A stretch of 64,000 nucleotides of DNA from Hamiltosporidium tvaerminnensis FI-OER-3-3. Lineage: Eukaryota > Fungi > Microsporidia. Every line of letters begins with the position of its first letter. The stretch's first letter is position 1. Positions 41,381 through 52,849 of this stretch are shown piece by piece. The notes beneath the pieces are model-generated. The model did no database searches. It saw only the letters and a list, made by a program, of their open reading frames with translations, and was not told where the DNA came from. Made by a program: the position numbers and the translations under genes. The stretch spans positions 620,001-684,000 of the forward strand of contig CM061250.1 in assembly GCA_022605425.2 (NCBI GenBank), written 5' to 3'.

Positions 41381-41601
41381 TTTTCCCTCTAAAAATATTA
41401 GCGTAATTAATTTATAAAATAAAACCTTTTCCTTCTAACTAAACATTTCTTATTTAATAGCTAACACATATTTAAAAAAAAGAAAATAAAAAAGTAAAAT
41501 TAAATTCGCTTTACTACGCTTTTTTAAAGTTCTTTTTCAGCATTATATGTTTAATAGTTTACCATATTACTATTAAAAATATTTGTTCCTATAAAGACAA
41601 G

Positions 41602-42328
41602 GTGGAGGGAGGATAACCACATAAAAAACTTCCTGCTTGGCAATGAGTGTGTGAAACTGGTGTGAAGATCATTGTTTGGATTTTTGGGGGGAATACAACC
41701 ACACTACATCTTCGGTTGTTCCATGGGAGTTGTTATGAGCAAAAGAGGTCTAAGAAATTGAGAAACTTTTTCTACAAATTTATTTGTAGTTTTTTATGTA
41801 ACTAGATTGCAGACCGCAGCTGAACATGTAGGTAATTGCCATGTAAAAGCATGGAAACCTAGCTTTGCTCACTTGGGTTAGAAGACTTAGCGCCTGGGAG
41901 ATATAAAAATAAAATCCATTAAAAGCCGGGAGAGCTAAGTAGCAGGTTATACCTGTTGGTATGACATTGCACTGTCTAGGTGGACCCCATGTAAATCTCC
42001 GAAATATATCTTAGCTAGAAGTTTATTGGGTTCAGAAAGTGTAGAGTAAGTGGGAATGCTGCATAGTCTTGGGGGAGCCCAGGGGAGGCTTCGGCCTTCA
42101 TGACACTCCATGCAACGGACATTAACGAACTCCGGGCAATTGCCTCGCCTATTAATTAGGTTCTACACACCTGTTAGATGAAAGGCATTGGGACGTAGGT
42201 ATCGCGGGGGTTACCGATGGAGTGTTGGGGTAGCAGTCATTTATGTTAAACCTAGAACTGCGTTAATGTCATAAAAACAAATATAACACTTGCCACTATT
42301 TTAAAAAGATGTGATACTTTTAAATAAA
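41602..42328 (+). mobile_element. ~728-nt structured non-coding retroposon (duplicate of insertion 2, mosaic sequence)
   Basis: Flanks of insertion 2, but internal 42020-42140 matches the insertion 1/3 subtype. Confidence 0.85.
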
Positions 42329-43367
42329 GGAAATACGATTAAAAAACAAAAATTTGGATGCATTTATTTTGTATCGAAAAATATTAGTTTTGTAGAAAAT
42401 ATGTTAAAAAAAAGTTTAAATGCTTTAAATACAATTGAATATATTTTGATTTAAAATGCTTTCCAGACTTTTATATTTTTCTTCTACTTTTTGTACCATC
42501 GTCTTTTACTTTTCAGAATCCGAATTTTCATCTATTTTTATTGGCAGTTCCTTTAATATGGTTCTTCTAATCGTAAATAAGGAGCTATTATTTTTTTAAA
42601 AAAATATTTAGCGGCATATTATTCTTTACTCGCTTGTTTTAAAGGCTATGATGATTCCTCTTCCACCTAGTCTCCGATAACACCCATAACTGCTTTTTGC
42701 CGGCTATCCTCGGCATTTGGGCCCGACTCAAGTCTTCTTCGTCAATCATAGGCAATTTTTTCAACTATTTTCTTAAGTACAATCGACAGATTTTATCCCT
42801 CTATATTCAGCAATATTTGTCTTTTTACCATACGTCTATGGAATTTTGTTACAATACCGTCCGGGTTCATCACATACGGGATTATCTCCACATCACATTT
42901 CATTTATAAATAATACTAAACGTATGTTAAAACCTTATGTTTTCCGATTTTTTTAATTTACTCAATTTGAAGTTAAACTTGGGAAGTATTCTACTTCAAT
43001 TTTGGTTTCCTTTTTCTACTCTTATTCAAAATAAATATATCGGAACTATTATGCCGAATGTTGACATCAGTTTTTAGTCTGATGGCCACTCTTATCTCTG
43101 CATCTTCATTTTCAAAAATTTCCTGAACTGGTTTTCGCGCACTAACAAAGAAAAATCATGAGAAAAAAAATGAACATTTTTAATCTAAAAATCACAAACT
43201 AAGATTTAAAAGACATATAAGCGTACGAAGTAAATAAATTCTGGTGCAATATTTAAAATTCAAAAAAAGAAATATGATATAAATTAAAGAAAAAAACTAA
43301 AAATGAATTTTAATCATATCAAACTGGAGATCGAATATAAAAAACATTTTTGTATCAAAAGCAAACC

Positions 43368-44063
43368 TTAAGCCTTCTTTTCTACCTTATAACAAATATA
43401 AGCAATAAAATCAGCGGCTTTACCGGATATTCCATTTTTAGATGCTTCAAACTTAAATTTTTTAGCCGAAGAAATACTTTTAAGACCATTAGCATCGCAT
43501 TTAACACCAAATACTTTTACAACCGAATCATCAACTATATCTAAAAATGCAAAACTTTCTTCTTCTGCTTTAGATTTTTTTATAGTCTTATGTATAAACG
43601 AGGATAAAGCATATGTTGGTTTGATAGTATGGGTGCCTTTGAACCAGAAACCAAGTCTAACTAAAAGCCCAACATCACCAACTACCTTATCAAACTTAGA
43701 AATATCCATACCGGTTCCTTTCATAGAGTACGGACTTAGGATTAAATCCTCTATTTCCTTTGTATTTTTCTTTTCTAATGCTTCCTTCGCCATTTTCACG
43801 CCTGACTCCTTATTTTCTTTTACAACAAATGCAAAAACCCTTTCTTCTTTATTAGAAGTGAAATAACCAAACTTGTAAAGATTCACTAAAGATGTGAATT
43901 TTTTATCATCCTCTAAATCCGAAAATTTCTTATAGTCGTCTTCGAAGCTCTTAATGACATTACCAGCTTTAATGTATCCCACAACACACATTATGCCAAA
44001 TATAGCCAATATTGAACCAACGACTCTTAATGCAATGCGTGTTTTGTTTCTTTTACTCACCAT
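43368..44063 (-). CDS. MVSKRN family, variant 3 (231 aa)
   Basis: Intact ORF with gttacccatATG context. Confidence 0.85.
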   Translation of the reverse strand: MVSKRNKTRIALRVVGSILAIFGIMCVVGYIKAGNVIKSFEDDYKKFSDLEDDKKFTSLVNLYKFGYFTSNKEERVFAFVVKENKESGVKMAKEALEKKNTKEIEDLILSPYSMKGTGMDISKFDKVVGDVGLLVRLGFWFKGTHTIKPTYALSSFIHKTIKKSKAEEESFAFLDIVDDSVVKVFGVKCDANGLKSISSAKKFKFEASKNGISGKAADFIAYICYKVEKKA

Positions 44064-45748
44064 ATGGGTAACATTTTTTCACGTAATAAAGTAAAAAAAT
44101 GATCAAATATTCCAAAGCGGATAATTAATTTGCACCTAAAAAATTAAAAAAAATTTATGAATCACAAATTCAATTTTTTCTTAAGCGTTTTCGATTGGTT
44201 ATTTCTATAAATTAATGTGATTTCATACCATATAAATTGCATTCTAAATATAAAAATTATTTTTTTATTATCAATTTGATAAATTATTTTGTTATATTTG
44301 GCTAATAATCAATGATTCTAAAAAAATAGAAAAATATAAAATAACTCCTTTTTGGGAATAAAAAATATCGGAAAATTTATTTAAAAAATATTAGAAAATT
44401 TATTTAAAAAATGGTATATGATTTAATACTTTTAAAAAAATCTCAAATTAATATAGACAAGACCGGAAATTGAAACAAGATTGTAGTATACAACGAAAAT
44501 GTAAAAAAAGCCAAATCATACGAAAGTACATACAAATAGAAGCAACAAAATGAACTAGAAATAGTTAGTAAAAAAAAATTAAAAAGTAAAAATTTATATT
44601 TCTAATCATTTTATATATTCTTCATTTTTATTCAATGAATATCCGATCTTTTTAAAGAATTTATTTGTTTATGACATTAACATGGTTATAGGACGTCATA
44701 TATAGTTTTTCTTAGAAACTCCATAAGTATTCTATACGAGATCTAAACCCAAAGCTTTTTTTATCTAAAATATATATAAGGTTCATTGAATAAGCGAACA
44801 GTCGCACACGATCTTAATATTCGTTTATTGGTGTTGATCACAGATTGAAACCTACATTAGGAATATCTTAAACTAGCAGCAATCACAGCTAAGCTACGTT
44901 TTTCGAACCGCATAGACATTCAGTTAAAATATATTTCGACTATGTATAAGAAATTCACTTATAAATTACAAACCATATAAACATATATAGCTAGCCACTT
45001 GAAGTTCTTAGCTTTTAAAGGGATATTTTTTTCTCAATCTCTCAGGCGCAAAGTCTCAAAACTTGAATTTGCAAGACTTATTTCATTGCTTTATGTTGTA
45101 ATCACTTCAAATTATCTTTATTCAAAGCTCTAGTTTGAATGAAAAAATTACAAACTTATTTGTAAAAAGAGTTTCTCTATTTCGGAGACCTTTTCCACCT
45201 TATCGCTTCTCTATCGAAAAACCAAAAATTTAATGTGATTTTCATCTTATCAAAAATCTAAAAAATATTTAATTATTTCGCTTTCAAGTAGATAATTTTT
45301 CTTGTGATTATTCTTGCTCCACCATTCAGCCGGCAAATGAATTTATTTTAAACCAGGACATGTATCAAAGAATTAATTTGTATTTTTAATACTTTTTTCA
45401 GCCATAAATAAAATCTCAAGTCAAGTGTAATTTTATTTAATTCATGAAGGAGTATTTGATTCATTTGAATATTTCTAAATTAGAAACAACAAATATTTTT
45501 CTATTCAAATAAGTCAAAAATGAAATAAAAATTTTAATAGATATTTAGTTTAAAAACTGGTTTTTTTTGCATTGGAAAATTTACATTTTTATAAAAAAAA
45601 AATCGTAAAAATAAAAACATTACAGAACCGATTTTCTTTTGTAAACAAAATTAAAAATTTTTCAATGTAAATTTAAGTTTCAAAAATATTTCAATGCAGT
45701 TTTTTTCTTCGTAAAAAATTAATAATTTCCTTTAAAATAAAACCCTGT

Positions 45749-46438
45749 ATGGAACAACAATTCATACTTCGTGTAAATGAAGAATTGAAAGAAATATTAC
45801 AAACAAATACAAAAAATATTGAATTGGAGTTATTGGGGAAGATATATTATTCCGAGACACAACTTAATAGAATATACCGGATATATTTCCAAATTACCAT
45901 GTATAATTGAATCTCATAAAACTATGGACAATCAACAATTTTATAAAATAAGTGATATATCACATATTGTGGTTATAGACAATAAGAGTAAAGGAGATCA
46001 TGGCATTACGCCACCGAGTAAAATGCCAAGCATAGATTTAGAAAACGTGTTGTAAAAACACAAATGGTAGAGGAAATAGAAAACAGAGTCAAGGAATTGC
46101 TTGAGAGAGATAAGAATTGTGTCGGTGTCGAGTTAATATTTGGAGAAGGCGAGCAAAAAGAAGAAAGTGAAGATGTCTCATCATTAGCAGCCGAACTTGA
46201 ATATAATCTTATTGCATCTGAAAAAAATATTGTTACTGAAGAGAGCGATGAGATAAAACAAAAGAAAGAATTGTTGAAGGAATTGGAGGAAAAAATAAAA
46301 ACCAAAGAAGAACTTCTTAATACGGCCAGTAATATTATTCTTAAGAAAAGGTTTCAAGAATCCATTTTTGCTTTGAAAGAAGAATATAATAAAGTTATCG
46401 GAAAGATCAGAGAATTAGAAAATAATGAAAAAGATTAA
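45749..46438 (+). pseudogene. TAF7: TAF7 homologue, multiple frameshifts (copy 4)
   Basis: Carries both the early and the late lesion plus another deletion. Confidence 0.85.
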
Positions 46439-48519
46439 AATTTGTATTTTTTTGGATTTGATACTAAGACCATATTTTAAATGTATTATAGACATAGGTT
46501 TCGCTAGAAATTTCTTCTTTTTCTATAAATTTTGTAGTTTAAAAATAAAATTTGTATTTTTATGAATAAAGTTAAAACGTTAATAGGTTTTTTTTATAGA
46601 TTTATATTCACATAAATATAAATTTAGAATATAAAGATTGCCTATTAATACTTTTTCAGGTAAATATGTTTCATTTGTTCTGTTATATATTTCAAATGTT
46701 TTAGAATTTATATGATGGTAGGTGATATCTCTATATGATTTGCTTAAAATCCATTGCCTGGAATTTTTTCTTTGCTGAATTCTCTAGATTAGATATCCAT
46801 ATAAAGTTTCAAATTGGTTAATATTTTTCTTCATAATTTAGGCACAATATCTTGAATTTACCTTACATTCACTGTATGTTTCTTACGTTTAATGAAAGTA
46901 TGAATTATTTAAACATTATATGTTCTAGTATGATATAACTGCGTACTCAGATCATTCACTTAGTCTCTAGGTCTCTTTCCGGGTACTCTGGAAATCAAAA
47001 AAAACGACTTAAATTTTTTAAATCCTTAGACGGAATATGTTTACGACTTATTGACATTGTGGAGCCTTTAAGATACATATAGATTATATTTCTATACAAT
47101 ACAATTCTATATTATTAATATAGGATTAACGTAATACTAAATCTATTAATATAACTTGACTCATTTAGCAAACCAATCTTACATTATTTTTTGGGTATTA
47201 TGATTTAAAAAAAATTCAAGCGTTATAACTTCTATTAAAATGAAAGTAAAAAATTTAATTTCTCAAAAAAACCCCATAACTAATAAAATGTCTCAAATTA
47301 GTAGTTTTATTAATCTAGATGCACATCTAGTTTTTGCATTTATATTTACAAGAATATTTTGAAAATTTTATTTTCTAATTTTTTTGAAGACTTAAATCTA
47401 ATGAATTAAAAAAAATTAATACAGATAGAATATTATTATATTTTTGTTGTGATAATTGTGTCAATGAATCTTTTACGTTTATATGTTTAATGATATACAA
47501 GCATGCTAAGAAGTCTGGCTTAATGAAATTTTAATTTGCACAATTAAATACATATTTTATCTGAATATACACAGAAGATAATCCTTGTACTAGCATCATT
47601 ATTCTCAATATTAAGTTATGAGTATTACTAATACAAATCGCGCATAACATCTCTTAAAGCCTCTAAAACTTCTTGAATATTTTTCGAATTTCTTCTCTAG
47701 CTTCCACGGCTTTACATTAAGCATGCTAGTATCATTTTCTACTGCATAAATTTTCTTTCGGTAGTCTGCATTTTTTTCTTTTTCTATTGAGTTTATACAA
47801 ATAGGCTTGGTTTGTCTTTCGATCAGGGGGTATTCGTATTACATGCTCTAGCCATCTTAATTTTTCTCTTTTTATTTCTGTTACCAAATTTGATTCAAGA
47901 TAGAGATCATAAATTTCTTGGTCTGTTTGCATTTTTATCTTATTGTTTATGGGTTTCGGGCATGAATTAAAGAAGCATCCTTCTTTCCCACGTGGCTAAA
48001 AGTATTTCATTCTTTTTATCATGGCCTAAGTATCAGATTCATACATTACAGCAGTTCGTATGATAGTTCTAGATATATTTTTTTTGAATTCCATCTTATA
48101 TATCTTGATATAATCAAATTTTGCATCGTGAATTAGACTATTTCCTGCTTTAATCCGTTTTTTAATTTCCTCATGGCTTTTGTTTTCTTTCATTTATGAA
48201 AGTTTCTGATAAATTTAAAGCTCAGTACATTTTAGAACTTTATTGAGTCAATTTCTAGAGTATTTTTCAAGTTACCTGCGAAAATGCTATTTCCATATAC
48301 TTAGTTTTGCTTTAATTAATCTTTTTGCGGTCCATAATGCCCCTCATGTCATTGGTGCCCCGTTATTTCTAGAACACCCCCCTCTTTATTTTCAATATAT
48401 TATAACCCTCATATTTTCTATTCATTCATCTTTAACACCCCCAGATTAAAATATGAAGTATTTTGTTTCTTAATACATTAGGGGTCAAATGAAAATAAGT
48501 GTTTATATACTTTTAATTT

Positions 48520-48545
48520 TATTTTTCCCTCTAAAAATATTAGCG
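48520..48545 (+). other. Empty insertion target (atttttccctctaaaaatattagcg)
   Basis: Joins the left flank seen at 7393, 19163 and 30092 directly to the right flank seen at 11948, 34650, 41381 and 59831. Confidence 0.9.
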
Positions 48546-48849
48546 TAATTAATTTTAAAAATAAAACCATTTCCTTCTAACTAAACATTTCTTATTTAAT
48601 AGCTAACACATATTTAAAAAAAAGAAAATAAAAAAGTAAAATTAAATTCGCTTTACTACGCTTTTTTAAAAGTTCTTTTTTCAGCATTATATGTTTAATA
48701 GTTTACCATATTACTACTAAAAATATTTGTTCCTATAAAGACAGAATCATGAAAAAAAAGAATCAAACTAAGCCCGTTTGTCTTTATATTCATGCCAAAA
48801 TTCCTCTTTAACAAAACTTTATCCCCGATAAAATGATTCCTTATTGTTT

Positions 48850-49650
48850 TATTTAGTCTTTACTTTCTATGATTCTTTTTTGATATTTTTCAAAATGTTT
48901 ACATACTTCCGTTTTAATTTCAAAATTCTTATCAATTTTAGAAGCAGGGGTTGTTGAAGCTGAAGCAAGATGTCTAGGCTTATTTAATCTATTATTCATT
49001 TTGGAGACAATCTCTAAATTCCACTGTGTCTTTATATCCCGGATCATGTTTTCTTGCTGTTATACCTCAGAACTTATTTAGTCAACAAATACTAAATCAC
49101 CTTTTGGTATTCCGTTACTATATTACCAGAAAGAGAGTTTGTAAATACAATTTGACTATTAAAAGTTAAAAAATGATTTGTTTGAGGCACTATAGGTTAT
49201 CTCTTTATAAGCTTATAACATCATTTTTAAAACCTATTCATCTTTTTGTAGCATAACATATAACTTTTTTGGATAACTATATTTCAATGTTTGATTAATC
49301 CGTTCAATTTGTCTCCGAGCCTTTATATTATGTGGTCTTCCCTATATAATTTGAAGGTTAAGAGCAGTTAAGTATGCTTCCAGAAATTCATTTTAAAGTT
49401 CTTACTATTATCGGATTGGATCGCTACTGGAATATCAGAATTATAATAGAAATTTATATGAATCTTCTTCGGCCTGTGAAGCCTTGTCGATCGTCTTAAA
49501 AATACAAAAATACGTTGTATAAGTGTCTATTATGTTTCGAGTCTAATAATCCCATTATTTTGATCAGCGTATCTTCTAAGATCTACACAATCAATCCTAA
49601 ATAAATTATATTATTTTTGTGAATTTATTCATTGGTAAGCTTCATTTGCT
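48850..49650 (-). mobile_element. Decayed rve-type (DDE) integrase/transposase
   Basis: Minus-strand remnants IIDTYT, SDNSKNF and GRPHNIKARRQIERINQTL resemble the rve core (D...SDNG.EF...P.SQG..ER.N.TL). Many stops. Confidence 0.55.
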
Positions 49651-50418
49651 CGAAAATTAGTTTCCCTATAACATGTTATTACATTTTAAAACATTTATTT
49701 AGTCTATAATATCAAACAATAGCAAGCCATAAAACTTTGCATTGAGACTATTTGTATATACATTGCCTGTTAATCGTTTGGTTTCAACGATTGTAATCCA
49801 ACTATATAAATATAGAAATATCATAGGAGCAATGGAAGGTGGAGTAAATACGAAATAATCCGAAAATTATAGGATAGAAATATAATGCAGATAACATACA
49901 TCTATTATAAATAAAGGGTGTTATTAATATATAAAACAGCATTATAAATAACCCGGGAGGCTAAGGGCCGTGACATTTAATTAATTTAATGTATAAATTC
50001 TTAGTCATTTGTATGAAAAATTCTTTTAAAATAATCAAGGATAAAGTTCCATAAATCTATTCATGCAATATTTGTTTTATGCAATTATTATTCAGAATAT
50101 TTATAAATTGCACAGAATAACTGCAAAAAAACATTAATTGTATCATAAAAGTTTTTATTTAGGTGTAAATTCTTAGAAAAGTATGCTTAACAAATCATTA
50201 CTACTTTTTTTAAAAGTACTACTTTAGAAAAAGTAAAATAACAAATTTATTATGATATTCTCGATAAATATGATAATTTAGAAAACATTTAATAATTTTA
50301 TTTCAAATATTTTTTTTAACCAATAGAATTTTTTTAATTGTTTTATGTTCCGTTCTACTCACTATAATTAGTTACATAAGATTTATGAACAAATAGAAAG
50401 CGAAATATCTTAATTGGG

Positions 50419-50690
50419 GCACGCTTATTGGTGTCTTATAGTCTTTTAACCAATTAAACATTTCGAGGTGAGTTGTCGTCGGCGTCGTCGGAATATTACT
50501 GAATTTTATAAATGATAAATACAATAAAAACAAACAAAGTATATTTTTTTTAAATCGGCAATGACTCGATGTTGACCCACTTCGAAATGTTTAATTGGTT
50601 CAAAAAAAAAAGAAACTAATAATAATTTTTCGATTAAGAATAAAACTCTTATGATTTAATTTTAGATCATAAACGATCAATTAAGCGTGC
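50419..50690. repeat. Foldback/MITE-like inverted repeat
   Basis: gcacgctta / taagcgtgc termini and inner aaccaattaaacatttcga (50448) / tcgaaatgtttaattggtt (to 50600). Confidence 0.6.
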
Positions 50691-52357
50691 AGAAGTAAAA
50701 AATGAAACGCTTTAAATCATTTAATTTGTTTCAAAAATATTCGCTTACCTATCCTAATACAACCTTTCGGGTTATATACATCATAAGAATAGCATTATGA
50801 ATTTATTTTTTGATTTTAAAAGGTTTTGATTTTGTAAAAAATAAATTCAACCATTGGTTCATATGATTTTTCTATGAATATTTTTTTATCAATTCAGAAA
50901 CAATTATATGATAGAATTAATACCTTTTTGCCTTTTATCAGTGCAATATATTTATATCTCCAATGATAACGCGATAAAAAAAATTACGGTTCGAATAATC
51001 TGATAGAATTTTATCCCAATTCAATTAAAATACTTTGAATACAAATAACTAAGATTCTATACAACCAATGAATTAAATATTACAACATTACAAAAAAACA
51101 CTTCACACGAATATAGTTCAACGAGAGAAAGTTTAATGGCATTTAAATACTGGAAACCTGAACAGCATAAACATAAAATGTCCAGCCGAAGTTCTACTAA
51201 TGCAAAGCAGGTAAATCAGAAGCAGAACACATTCTTCAGATTAATAATGCTTAGATAGCTAAACGGAAATTTCACAAGACTAGCTAAAAATTCAGATATA
51301 AAAACAAAAGAATATACCAGAAAACGAATAAGAAATAGGTATAAAGTTATAAATAATAAGATTACAAAACCATAACTCAGTCAATGAAGTTTAAGAGGAT
51401 CAAAATGATATACATCTTTGTTTTTTTATTTATGTGAAATAAATTTCGTTTTTACGAACTTAAAAGTTATAGCTAAATAATATGATACAAAACAAAAAAA
51501 ATAAATCTATTTTTTTATAACTAAGATTTAGAGTTTTACAAATGTTATTCTTATAATTCTAATCACATCGGGATAAACAAATTTTCGAAAATGGCAAAGG
51601 CCAGATTTTGATGAAATGATATATCAATCAAAGCCCAACCAGTGCCATCAACAAAGGGTCAAGTTGTAATTTATTTCAATTTTAGAAAAAAATATTTTTT
51701 TATTGTGGTTTTATATGATTTTTGCAAATTTTTTTTAAGTTCGTTTTTATTGTGGTTTTAAAATAATTTTTGTAAAATCTGTTTTACGCTTTTTTATATA
51801 CAAGTTTATTTCTTGTTGATTTATATCTCTTCGATTTGACATCTTTTACTGTTCAATTTATTTTAGTTAAATTATTAAATCTCTTAAAGATTTTTTAAAA
51901 AAAAGCCTTCGATACAGCAAAAATATTATGTTCAAGTCAATATAGATTATGAGTTTGTAATACGGTTTCTTACTTTCATTTAAGCGCAAGTTATTTAGGA
52001 TATGGTTTTTTTCTATAACTACCAGAAATAACTCCCTTATGCCATCTTCAATCATATCATACGAGTTATATATGTAATTTTCTTCCTTGATCGAAATAAA
52101 CATTTTTATTTCACCTTTTAAGAGCTTTCCAGATTCATCTGTTCTTGGTATCCAAAAGGTTCTTCTACTATATCTGATATTTTGTAATAATACCTTCTCA
52201 TATAAGAACATAAACCATTATATCAATATAATATCTATTAAAAGACCAATTCTATTCGCCAATGAATTATAATGACTTGTTTTTTTTGCTTTTACAATTC
52301 TAGAAAAATCAAAATTTAAATTTATTTTTACTAAAAATATTTATTAAATTCTTTATG

Positions 52358-52556
52358 CATAAAAATATTCAAAAAAATATTCAAAAAAATATTCAAAAAA
52401 ATATTCAATTCTTTATTCATAAAAATATTCAAAAAAATATTCAAAAAAATATTCAAAAAAATATTCAAAAAAATATTCAAAAAAATATAAAAAAAAAAAA
52501 AAAAAAAAATAAAAAAAATATTCAATTCTTTATTCATAAAAATATTCAAAAAAAAT
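52358..52556. repeat. 12-bp minisatellite (aaaaatattcaa)n with interruptions
   Basis: Direct tandem units visible. They create the spurious KNIQ/NIFL repeat ORFs. Confidence 0.85.
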
Positions 52557-52849
52557 AAATTTTAATTTTGATTCTACTTTGAATACATTGGATTTAATTT
52601 CTTAAATAAATCATTTCAGATTATTATACAAATAAAATTAGTTTTTTTTATCAATCAAATTAAAATTCTATAATGAATAAATTTCAAAAAAAAATAATTT
52701 ACAAATATATTTACTCACCTAATGACATTATAACCTATTGAGAGAAATATACTTATTTAGTATTAACTTCAATCTGACATAATCAAGCGCCAATCTTTTT
52801 CATTCTTCTATTCTTAAATTACTGAATTATTTTTTATAATCACCTATTA

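Noticed and set aside
51867-52211. 114-aa ORF as a gene call
   Set aside because: No recognisable motif and cannot be supported without homology or expression data.
52331-52558. KNIQ/NIFL repeat proteins or a CRISPR-like array
   Set aside because: Simple 12-bp tandem repeat with no unique spacers, in a eukaryotic context.
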